Assembly: GCA_963742935.1 (NCBI GenBank)
Contig: CAVUOI010000050.1
Location: forward strand, 58,710-122,709
DNA: 64,000 bases
From: an uncultured Alphaproteobacteria bacterium
GTDB lineage: Bacteria > Pseudomonadota > Alphaproteobacteria > Rhizobiales > Xanthobacteraceae
Direction: 5' to 3'
The position numbers and the translations under genes are program-made. Shown here one piece after another: positions 24,984 through 32,855 of this stretch. Below the pieces are notes generated by a model, which had not been told where the DNA came from, made no database searches, and saw only the letters and a list, made by a program, of their open reading frames with translations. Within the stretch, counting starts at the first letter, position 1. Each line of letters opens with the position of its first letter.

Positions 24984-26156
24984 TCACTCGGCTGCCTCCT
25001 TGAACCTTTCCAGCCCATCCAGGCTTTCTCCCTTGGCTCTGAGGGCTCCGCCCCACTTGGCCAGCCACCATCCATATTGTTCGGGCCAGTTCTCGAAATC
25101 GCCGGTGAGGCCGAAATGTTCTGCGGCGTGGAGAGCCCAGAACGGATTGAACAGCATCTGGCGGGCAAGGAAGATGAGGTCCGCCCGATCGTCCTGCAAA
25201 ATCTTCTCGGCGAATTCAGGCGTCCGGATCATTCCGACCGCACCAGTCGGGATGCCAGCTTCGCGGCGGATCTGTTCGGCAAACGGCACCTGGTAACCCG
25301 GGCCGCGAGAAAGATTGGCATTGGTCGATCCGGCACGCAGATTGCCGCCCGTCGAACAGTCGACGAGATCGACGCCGAGTTCTTTCAGTTTGCGGGAAAA
25401 GATGACGCTGTCTTCGATCTCCCAGCCGCCGTCGATCCAGTCCGTTGCCGAAATGCGCACGAACAATGGGGTGGCCGACGGAAGCGCGGCCCTGACGGCG
25501 CGCGTCACTTCGAGCGGAAACCGCATCCGGTTTTCGAGGCTGCCGCCATATTCGTCGGTGCGGAAATTCGCGAGCGGCGACAGGAAGGATTGCAACAGAT
25601 AGCCGTGGGCCATGTGAAGCTCGATGACGTCGAAGCCCGCCAGCACGGCCCGGCGAGCCGTCGCAACGAAGGCATCGCGCACACCGATCAGCCCTTCCTT
25701 GCTGAGCGGAACGGGGGTCTGGAAACCGTCGGAGAACGGGACGTCCGACGGCCCGGTCGGCACCCAGCTTTCCTCTCCCATCTCGATATCGCGATCCGTC
25801 AGATGGCTGTTGCCCCTGAAGGCGCGCTGCTGGCTGGATTTTCGTCCGCCATGATTGATCTGGATCGCAGCTTTCGAACCGTGCGATTTGATCACATGAA
25901 CGATCTCGCGCATGCCTTCGATCTGCCCGTCCTCCCAGAGCCCGGGATCGCCGTTGGTGATCCGTCCTTTCCGGCTCACCGAGGTCTGCTCGACGAACAC
26001 GAGCCCTGCCCCGCCCATCGCGAACTTGCCGTAGTGAACCAGATGGAACGGCGTGACGTAGCCGTTCTCGGCCGAATACATGCCCATCGGTGAAACGACG
26101 ATCCGGTTGTTGAGCTCGACGCCACGAAAAACAGCTTTTTCAAACAGCTTGACCAT
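24984..26156 (-). CDS. NADH:flavin oxidoreductase / Old Yellow Enzyme (YqjM-like)
   Basis: NRIVVSPM, QINHGGRK, IELHMAHGYLL.SFLSP..N.RTDEYGGSLENR. Confidence 0.92.
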   Translation of the reverse strand: MVKLFEKAVFRGVELNNRIVVSPMGMYSAENGYVTPFHLVHYGKFAMGGAGLVFVEQTSVSRKGRITNGDPGLWEDGQIEGMREIVHVIKSHGSKAAIQINHGGRKSSQQRAFRGNSHLTDRDIEMGEESWVPTGPSDVPFSDGFQTPVPLSKEGLIGVRDAFVATARRAVLAGFDVIELHMAHGYLLQSFLSPLANFRTDEYGGSLENRMRFPLEVTRAVRAALPSATPLFVRISATDWIDGGWEIEDSVIFSRKLKELGVDLVDCSTGGNLRAGSTNANLSRGPGYQVPFAEQIRREAGIPTGAVGMIRTPEFAEKILQDDRADLIFLARQMLFNPFWALHAAEHFGLTGDFENWPEQYGWWLAKWGGALRAKGESLDGLERFKEAAE

Positions 26157-26186
26157 GTTGCTTTTCCTGAAATTGCGGCCCCGGCG

Positions 26187-27398
26187 TCACGCTTGCGCAA
26201 TGGCGCCGGACCGGCGCAGCGCGTCGATCTCGCCGGAAGACAGTCCGAGATATTCCGAAAGCACCTCGCCATTGTGCTGACCGAGCCGCGCGGACGGCAC
26301 GTATTCCGGCGCCTCGGTGTCGTGGAGCACCAGCGGGCTGCGGTGGACCAGAATCTCGCCGTACTCCGGATGTTCGATTTCGCGCAGCATGCCGCGAGCG
26401 TGAAGGTGATGATCCTCGGTCACCTCCAGCAGGTCGCGAACCGCGGCACACGGCACGCGGTGGACACGGCAGGCTTCGACGATCTCGTGGCGCGTGAGTC
26501 GTGACGACCATTCCGACACGCTCTGGTCGGTCAGATCGATGTGCTTCAGCCGGTCGAGCACCGTCTTGAAACGCGGATCCTCGGCCAGTTCCGGCCGCCC
26601 CATGGCGCGCGTCAGTCCGGTCCAGTGCGATTCGTTGACACTGATGATGGCGACATAACCGTCGGATGCCGGATAGACATTGTAGGGCGCCTCGGCGAGC
26701 CCGCCGTGACGATTGCCCGTGCGGGGCGCGGCAGCCTTGCGGTTGAACACGTCAGCCAGATTGGAAGCCATGGCCGGATAGACGGCTTCGACCATCGCGA
26801 TCTCGACCAACCGCCCGCGGCCGCTCTTCTCCCGGTCGTAGAGCGCGGTGAGAATGCCGGCGTAAAGGTGAACGCCGCTGATGAAGTCGGTAATGGCAGG
26901 GCCGGCCTTGACCGGCGGACCGTCAGCAAAGCCGGTCACGCTCATGATGCCCGACACCGCCTGCACGGTCAGGTCCATCGCCAAATTGTCGCGGCTGGGA
27001 CCCGACAAGCCGTAGCCCGTAGCCGAGCCATAAATGAGTCGCGGATTGATTTCGCTCAGAACGGAATAGCCGACCCCCAGCCGGTCGAGCACGCCCGGCG
27101 CGTAGTTCTCGATCAGCACATCGGCCTTTGCCGCGAGCTCTTTCAGAATCGCCGCCCCTTCCGGAGACTTCAGATTGAGGCTGATGTTGCGCTTGTTGGC
27201 GTTGAGCATCGCGAAAGGGACCGCATTGCCCTTGCTGATGCGGGCGCGATGACGCACCGGTTCGCCGTTCGGCGGTTCAACCTTGATGACGGTCGCGCCG
27301 GCCTGCGCCATCAGGAAGCCGGCATAGGGACCCTGATACACCTGGCCGAGATCGATCACGACCACGCCTTCGAGCGGCAGCTTGCTTGGTTGGTTCAA
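26187..27398 (-). CDS. CaiB/BaiF class III CoA-transferase
   Basis: PLEGVVVIDL, VIKVEPP.GE, NANKRNISLNLK, ADVLIENYAPG. Confidence 0.92.
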   Translation of the reverse strand: MNQPSKLPLEGVVVIDLGQVYQGPYAGFLMAQAGATVIKVEPPNGEPVRHRARISKGNAVPFAMLNANKRNISLNLKSPEGAAILKELAAKADVLIENYAPGVLDRLGVGYSVLSEINPRLIYGSATGYGLSGPSRDNLAMDLTVQAVSGIMSVTGFADGPPVKAGPAITDFISGVHLYAGILTALYDREKSGRGRLVEIAMVEAVYPAMASNLADVFNRKAAAPRTGNRHGGLAEAPYNVYPASDGYVAIISVNESHWTGLTRAMGRPELAEDPRFKTVLDRLKHIDLTDQSVSEWSSRLTRHEIVEACRVHRVPCAAVRDLLEVTEDHHLHARGMLREIEHPEYGEILVHRSPLVLHDTEAPEYVPSARLGQHNGEVLSEYLGLSSGEIDALRRSGAIAQA

Positions 27399-27414
27399 GA
27401 CGTCCTCGGCATTG

Positions 27415-28260
27415 TCAGAAATTGTAAAGCCGCGTCGGATTGTCGATCAGTATCTTTCGACGGACGGCTTCATCGGGGACGCATTCGTGCAAGAGACGAA
27501 GCAGATCCCCGAAGTCGGGCATGGTCTCCGCGCTGTGGCCGACATGGGGCCAATCGCTGCCCCACACCACCTGATCGGGCGCGGCCTCGACGATGGCGCG
27601 CATGAACGGCGCCGTGTCCACATAGGGCCGGCCCACGCGCGTGTTGCGGTCGGCACCTGAAATCTTCGTCCAGTAGCGGCCGGTCTTGAGCCGCTCGGTG
27701 AAGGCGCGAAAATCAGGGTGCTCGTGCCCCTTGTCGGCCATCGTCCTCGACATATGGTCGATCACGAAGTTCAGCGGGAGTTTCTCGAGTTCTGCGGCAG
27801 CGGCAGCGAGATCCGAACTCTCGATCCAAAGCTGCGCGTGCCAGCCTCGCTCGGCGATACGAGGGGCGAGCGTGACCAGATCGTCGTAGCTCGTGCCGAG
27901 CGTCGAAACCGGCTTGCCATCCTGCCGGATCATGGTGACGCGTACGGCTTTGAAGCCCGCGTCGGTCAATTCGTCGAGCCTGTTATCGCTGACGTCGGGC
28001 CGCAGGATTGCGACGGCGCGAAGCCTGTCGGGATAACGGCGCAGTGCATCGTAAGTGACGGCGTTATCTTCCCCCGAGCCCACCGCATGGACGATCACCC
28101 CGCGCGTGACGCCAAGCTTTTCCCAGACGGCAAATGCATCCTCGATGGTGAACGGCTTCGCAGCCGAGAAGCGGCCCTCCGTGCCGGCCGGAAAGCGATC
28201 GAACGGTCCGTAGATGTGGAAATGGCAATCGCAGCTGCCTGCCGGCAAACGATATTCCAT
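27415..28260 (-). CDS. Amidohydrolase_2 family lactonase (LigI / 2-pyrone-4,6-dicarboxylate hydrolase-like)
   Basis: CDCHFHIYGP, GWHAQ, VIDHM, VWGSDWPH. Confidence 0.85.
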   Translation of the reverse strand: MEYRLPAGSCDCHFHIYGPFDRFPAGTEGRFSAAKPFTIEDAFAVWEKLGVTRGVIVHAVGSGEDNAVTYDALRRYPDRLRAVAILRPDVSDNRLDELTDAGFKAVRVTMIRQDGKPVSTLGTSYDDLVTLAPRIAERGWHAQLWIESSDLAAAAAELEKLPLNFVIDHMSRTMADKGHEHPDFRAFTERLKTGRYWTKISGADRNTRVGRPYVDTAPFMRAIVEAAPDQVVWGSDWPHVGHSAETMPDFGDLLRLLHECVPDEAVRRKILIDNPTRLYNF

Positions 28261-28642
28261 TCAGGACAACTCCCTTGGGTTTTGTTGAAGGCAGGAGACC
28301 GAGGCAGATGGCAGCCGGATCGGCCAATACCCTGCCTGCGAACGCGCGATGGTGGAGAGGAGGTTTGACTGAAGGGGCGCAAAGCCCGCGCGGCGACACA
28401 TCCGTCAGAACGGCTTCAGGCGATCGCGGCAGTCGAATGTATTCCAGACGTCATAGAACCTCCCTGCAATCGAGCGCGCATGACGGCCGTGAGAACGGTC
28501 AGTCGCGGCTTTTGTTGTTTTTGCCGGCCAGCACACATTTTGACCCCGAGGACGGGGGTCACCGCGCGCTTGCCGTTGCGCTTCGAGCGGACATTAGGAG
28601 GCGCATCTGATCTAGTCTACTGATTTACTGGTATGTGTCTTT

Positions 28643-28780
28643 ATTTCCATATAGATGTAATATCGCACAGCGTGCAGCGGCCGATGACATGTATGAAGAG
28701 TTTTCATCCATGCAGGTGCCCGCTTCTGATCTAAGGTATTCTGTTAGGCAGGCAGGATTTAGTTACACATAGATGGAAAT
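28643..28780. promoter_or_regulatory. Two related candidate IclR operator sites in the divergent promoter
   Basis: ATTTCCATATAGATGTAA (28643-28660) and, inverted, TTACACATAGATGGAAAT (28763-28780, overlapping the iclR start). Confidence 0.55.
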
Positions 28781-29519
28781 GACGAATTCAGCCATAAAGA
28801 CCGCCAAGCGAATTTTCGAAGTGCTCGAGTACTTCGAGGATGTGAAGCGTCCGATTTCGCTGAAGGAAGTTTCGACGAAGTGCAGCTATCCCACCTCAAG
28901 CGCGGCAGCGCTGCTGAAGAGCATGGTCGCGTTGGGATACCTGTTCTACGACAGCTACAATCGCACCTATTTGCCAACGATGCGGATCGCCCAGATGGGC
29001 GAATGGCTGAACACCGGCCTGTTCGGCGACAGCGCCATCCTCGCGCTCGTCGACTACGTTCATCAGGAACTGGATGAACTCGTCAATATCAGCACGCAGT
29101 CCGATCTGCATGCGCAATACATTCACTGCCTGCAAACCAGCAAACGCCTGCGATTTGACGTAAAGCCCGGCGAGGTCCGGCCGCTGGCGATCAGTGGGGT
29201 TGGCCGCACATTGCTCAGCGGTCACACCGACGTGGAGATCGAGCGGCTGTTACGCCGGATCAATGCCGTTTGCCCTGCCGAGGAACGGATGGAGCTGAAT
29301 GCGTTGATGAAGATCATCAATGGTATCAGGCGTGACGGCTACATGTTCTCCAAGCACATCATCGTCCAGGACGCCGGTGTGATTGCCGTCCTGCTGCCGA
29401 AACGCGATTTCGGACGCGCCCTGGTGCTTGGCGTCGGCGGACCGGTATCTCGTCTCGAAGAACGGCACGACGAAATCCTCGCGTGTATTCGCAAGGGCAT
29501 CGCCAGGTTTCTGACCTGA
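28773..29519 (+). CDS. IclR-family transcriptional regulator
   Basis: SAIKTAKRIFEVLEYF HTH, PTSSAAALLKSM..LGYL, C-terminal GVGGPVSR. Confidence 0.9.
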   Translation: MEMTNSAIKTAKRIFEVLEYFEDVKRPISLKEVSTKCSYPTSSAAALLKSMVALGYLFYDSYNRTYLPTMRIAQMGEWLNTGLFGDSAILALVDYVHQELDELVNISTQSDLHAQYIHCLQTSKRLRFDVKPGEVRPLAISGVGRTLLSGHTDVEIERLLRRINAVCPAEERMELNALMKIINGIRRDGYMFSKHIIVQDAGVIAVLLPKRDFGRALVLGVGGPVSRLEERHDEILACIRKGIARFLT

Positions 29520-29551
29520 CGTTGTTTAGTTCGATCGGGCGTCGGCAGGGA

Positions 29552-30946
29552 TCAACCGAAAAACGTCTCGAACAGGAGCTTCAGGTTCAGCGCGACGATG
29601 ATGCCGGCGACGATCCACGCCACCACGGCGACGCTGCGGGGAATGACGAATTTGCCCATCTTGCGGCGGTCTGAGACGAACCGCACCAGCGGGATCACCG
29701 CGAAGGGCAGTTGCATCGAGAGGATGACCTGGCTGAAGACCAGCAGTTGGGCCGTCCCCCGCTCGCCATAGATCGCAGTGACGATCACGACAGGGACGAT
29801 GGCGATGCCGCGGGTGATCAGCCGCCGCGCCCAGCTCGGCAGCCGCAGGTGCAGAAAACCTTCCATCACGATCTGGCCGGCGAGCGTCGCGGTCACGGTC
29901 GAGTTCAGTCCCGACGCGAGCAGCGCCACCGCGAACAGGGTGGAAGCGATGCCGAGCCCGAGCAGCGGCGACAGCAGTTCGTACGCCTGACCGATCTCGG
30001 CCACTTCCGTGCGGCCGCTCGCATGGAAGGTGGCGGCGGCGACGATCAGGATCGCGGCGTTGATGAACAGCGCCAGCATCAGTGCGATGGTCGAATCCGT
30101 GGTGGCCCATTTGATCGCCTCGCGGCGGCCCTCGTCGTTGCGCTCATAGGCGCGGGTCTGCACGATCGAGGAGTGCAGATAGAGGTTATGCGGCATCACG
30201 GTGGCGCCGATAATGCCGATGGCGATGTAGAGCATCTCGGGGTTGGTGACGATCTCGGGCGACGGAATGAAGCCCTTCAGAACGGCGGCGACCGGCGGCG
30301 CGGCCGCTATGATCTGAACCCCAAAGCAGACAGCGATCACGATCAGCAGCGAGATGACGAAGGCTTCGAGGAAGCGAAAACCCTTGTTCATCAGGAGCAG
30401 CAGCAGGAAGGCGTCGAGCGCGGTGATCAGCGCGCCGCCGATCAGGGGAATGCCGAACAGGAGATTGAGCGCGATGGCAGTGCCAATCACCTCCGCCAGG
30501 TCGCAGGCGATGATGGCGGCCTCGCAGACCAGCCACAGCATGAAGTTGACGGGCCGGGAAAAGCTGGCGCGGCAAGCCTGCGCGAGATCGCGATCGGTGA
30601 CGATGCCAAGCCGCGCGGCGAGCGCCTGCAACAGGATCGCCATCAGGTTCGAGAGCAGGATGACCGACAGCAGCGTGTAACCGAACTTGGAGCCGCCCGC
30701 GAGATCGGTGGCCCAGTTGCCGGGATCCATGTAGCCGACCGAGACAAGATAGCCAGGCCCGAGGAAGGCCAGCAGCCGGCGCGACCAATGTCCGCCGAAC
30801 GGCACCGAGATGGTCGAATGGACTTCAGGCAGGCTCTTTTGGGTGCCCGCGGCGGCGTCGGCGCGCCAGCCGGAAGCAGTCGCGTCGGTCATTGAAGCAT
30901 TCTCGGCAGCAGTCTTTGAACCCAATGCGGGCGTTCGAGCGTCCAT
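29552..30946 (-). CDS. mntH: Nramp-family Mn2+ transporter
   Basis: [45 protein letters not shown]. Confidence 0.95.
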   Translation of the reverse strand: MDARTPALGSKTAAENASMTDATASGWRADAAAGTQKSLPEVHSTISVPFGGHWSRRLLAFLGPGYLVSVGYMDPGNWATDLAGGSKFGYTLLSVILLSNLMAILLQALAARLGIVTDRDLAQACRASFSRPVNFMLWLVCEAAIIACDLAEVIGTAIALNLLFGIPLIGGALITALDAFLLLLLMNKGFRFLEAFVISLLIVIAVCFGVQIIAAAPPVAAVLKGFIPSPEIVTNPEMLYIAIGIIGATVMPHNLYLHSSIVQTRAYERNDEGRREAIKWATTDSTIALMLALFINAAILIVAAATFHASGRTEVAEIGQAYELLSPLLGLGIASTLFAVALLASGLNSTVTATLAGQIVMEGFLHLRLPSWARRLITRGIAIVPVVIVTAIYGERGTAQLLVFSQVILSMQLPFAVIPLVRFVSDRRKMGKFVIPRSVAVVAWIVAGIIVALNLKLLFETFFG

Positions 30947-30974
30947 ATCAGCAAGATGGCTGATTACGCTCCTT

Positions 30975-30994
30975 ATTGCAACTCATTTGCAACT
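30975..30994 (-). promoter_or_regulatory. Mur/Fur (Mn-responsive) binding site upstream of mntH
   Basis: Minus strand AGTTGCAAATGAGTTGCAAT with TTGCAA repeats; mntH is known to be Mur/Fur-repressed in Bradyrhizobium. Confidence 0.7.
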
Positions 30995-31027
30995 GCATCT
31001 GCGCCGACGATGCGACATTCAGTGACA

Positions 31028-31057
31028 TTGTAAAGCACTGAAGAAGTGCTTTATGGT
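31028..31057 (+). promoter_or_regulatory. Candidate sigma70 promoter overlapped by a perfect 9-5-9 inverted repeat (operator)
   Basis: TTGTAA (31028-33) N18 TATGGT (31052-57); TAAAGCACT-gaaga-AGTGCTTTA at 31031-31053; ATG 7 nt after the -10 box, no SD. Confidence 0.6.
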
Positions 31058-31063
31058 AGCGAC

Positions 31064-32194
31064 ATGATCAAGATCCCAGTCGAGACCCCCACAGCCACGC
31101 TGCGATACGCCCTCGCCCCCGACGCGGCCGGCATTGTCGCCATCGAGGCAACCTTTGCCGCCTACGACCGGATGATGGCGATCCTCGCCGAGGTTGCGCC
31201 TGTCGGCGCCAACCTGGTGGCGCTTCATGCCCAGGCTTACGAGAAAATCCGCGTCGAGACCGGCCTGCCTGCACGGCTGGTGACGCTCGGCCTGCGCGAC
31301 CGCGCCGGCTACATGGCTGACGCCGCGGTGCGCCGGATTCCGCTCGACGACAAGCTGTTTGCAATCAAGGGCCCGACTTCACTGACCATTAGCACTGTCC
31401 AGGGGCGCATCTTGGTGCCGTTCGATGTCCCGGGCTACCGTCCCGGCTGGGAAAGTCCCTTCCCGGCTCACTTGGTCTCGGACGGCCGCGCCTACGAAAT
31501 CCAGATCGCCGTCAAATCGAAATCAGTTCAACCGGAGGAGAAGACCATGGTTCACGAGGGTATCCTTGCACGTATGGGCCGGCTTCTGGCCGCCATCGCC
31601 AGCGAGACGATCGACAATGCCGAGAGCAGCAACAAGGTCGCGCTGGTGAAGCAGGCGATCCGCGAGATCGACGCCGGCGCCGACGAAGCGCGCCATGCGC
31701 TCGGCAAGTCGCGCGCCGAGGAATTCCGCCTTAAGCGTCGGCGCGAGGAACTCGACGCCGAAGTTGCATCGCTGACCGACAAGATTCGTCTTGCGGTTGC
31801 AGAAAACCGCGAAGATCTCGCGCGCGCCGGCGTAGCACGGCAAATTGATCTGGAATTGCAGGGCACCGCGCTGGAACGCGCGATGGACTTCATCGAACTC
31901 GAAATCGACGAGCAGACCAAGGCGTTACAGGCAATGCTTGGCGCGCGGCGTGAAGCGGAAGCCCGCCTGGCTGATCTCCAGGCAAGCCTCGAAAAGCATT
32001 CGCCGCAGGAAACCGGTCGCCCGGCTGGCGCGACTAAAGCAGTGAGCCCCGATCGGGCCATGGCCGCGATTGCCCGCGTCACCGGCGTGCCGGCGTCCGG
32101 CATGCCTGCCGACAAGGAGCTCGACGAACTCGACCGGTTGCACCGCGAAAAGGAAATCGCGGCCCGCCTTGAAAGGATCAAGACCCAGCAATGA
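31064..32194 (+). CDS. Fusion protein: TnpB/Cas12f-like N-terminal WED/REC domain (~aa 1-155, no RuvC) plus PspA/IM30 domain (from Met at 31547)
   Basis: C-terminal 215 aa coiled coil: ILARMGRLL..., LVKQAIREID, AVAENREDLARAGVARQIDLE, EIAARLERIK (PspA/IM30). N-terminus TLRYALAP...ATFAAY...LAEVA...LHAQAYEKIRVETGLPA...IPLDDKLFAIKG...TISTVQGRILVPF...AHLV...YEIQIAV follows the TnpB N-lobe pattern by eye. Confidence 0.8.
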   Translation: MIKIPVETPTATLRYALAPDAAGIVAIEATFAAYDRMMAILAEVAPVGANLVALHAQAYEKIRVETGLPARLVTLGLRDRAGYMADAAVRRIPLDDKLFAIKGPTSLTISTVQGRILVPFDVPGYRPGWESPFPAHLVSDGRAYEIQIAVKSKSVQPEEKTMVHEGILARMGRLLAAIASETIDNAESSNKVALVKQAIREIDAGADEARHALGKSRAEEFRLKRRREELDAEVASLTDKIRLAVAENREDLARAGVARQIDLELQGTALERAMDFIELEIDEQTKALQAMLGARREAEARLADLQASLEKHSPQETGRPAGATKAVSPDRAMAAIARVTGVPASGMPADKELDELDRLHREKEIAARLERIKTQQ

Positions 32195-32850
32195 GCGCCC
32201 TGACCGACATCCTGCTGGCGCCGGACGTTCGGCCCTTTGCCGTGGCTGCCGCGATCATGATGGCACTGGGCGGCATCGAATTGGTGGCGATGCTGATCGG
32301 CTTCTCGATCGGCGAACTGTTCGGAAAGGAAGTCGCGGTCGATGTCGACAGCAGTGACGGATTGGGCGGGCTTTTCCTGTGGGTCAACGCAGGGCGGCTG
32401 CCGTTGCTGATCCTGATCGTTCTCGCGCTCGGCGTGTTCGCCATCGCAGGTTTCCTCTTGCAGGGCATCGCCCATGGCGCGGGACTGTCGATTCCGCCGT
32501 TGATCGCCTCCCTCGCCGCGGCGGCGTTCAGCCTTCCCGCCATCCGTGTCACCAGCCGCGGCATCGCGCGGATCATTCCCCGCGACGAGACCTATGTGGT
32601 CGATAATGACGACTTTGTCGGTCACGTCGCCGAAGTCTCCGTCGGTCCGCTCGACCAGGGATTGCCCGGCCGTGTCCGTCTCAAGGACGTCTTCGGCAAC
32701 TGGCACTCTCTCGTCGCACGCGCCAGTCCCGAATCCACGCCGCTACCGGTCGGCGCCAGCGTGTTGCTGGTTGACCGTGACGCCAGGAGCTTTATCGCCA
32801 TCTCCGCACCCGCCGACCTCATTGCACAACAACGATCAGACAGGGCTTGA
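32191..32850 (+). CDS. YqiJ/DUF1449-like inner membrane protein with NfeD-like OB fold
   Basis: PFAVA...GGIEL, LWVNAGRLPLLILI, IARIIPRDET, RVRLKDVFGNWH; ATGA overlap with upstream stop; precedes flotillin. Confidence 0.8.
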   Translation: MSALTDILLAPDVRPFAVAAAIMMALGGIELVAMLIGFSIGELFGKEVAVDVDSSDGLGGLFLWVNAGRLPLLILIVLALGVFAIAGFLLQGIAHGAGLSIPPLIASLAAAAFSLPAIRVTSRGIARIIPRDETYVVDNDDFVGHVAEVSVGPLDQGLPGRVRLKDVFGNWHSLVARASPESTPLPVGASVLLVDRDARSFIAISAPADLIAQQRSDRA

Positions 32851-32855
32851 AACAC

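Noticed and set aside
31064-31546. Active IS200/IS605 element or CRISPR-Cas12f locus
   Set aside because: No RuvC motifs, tnpA, subterminal IS hairpins, cas genes or repeat-spacer array seen; only the N-lobe is present.
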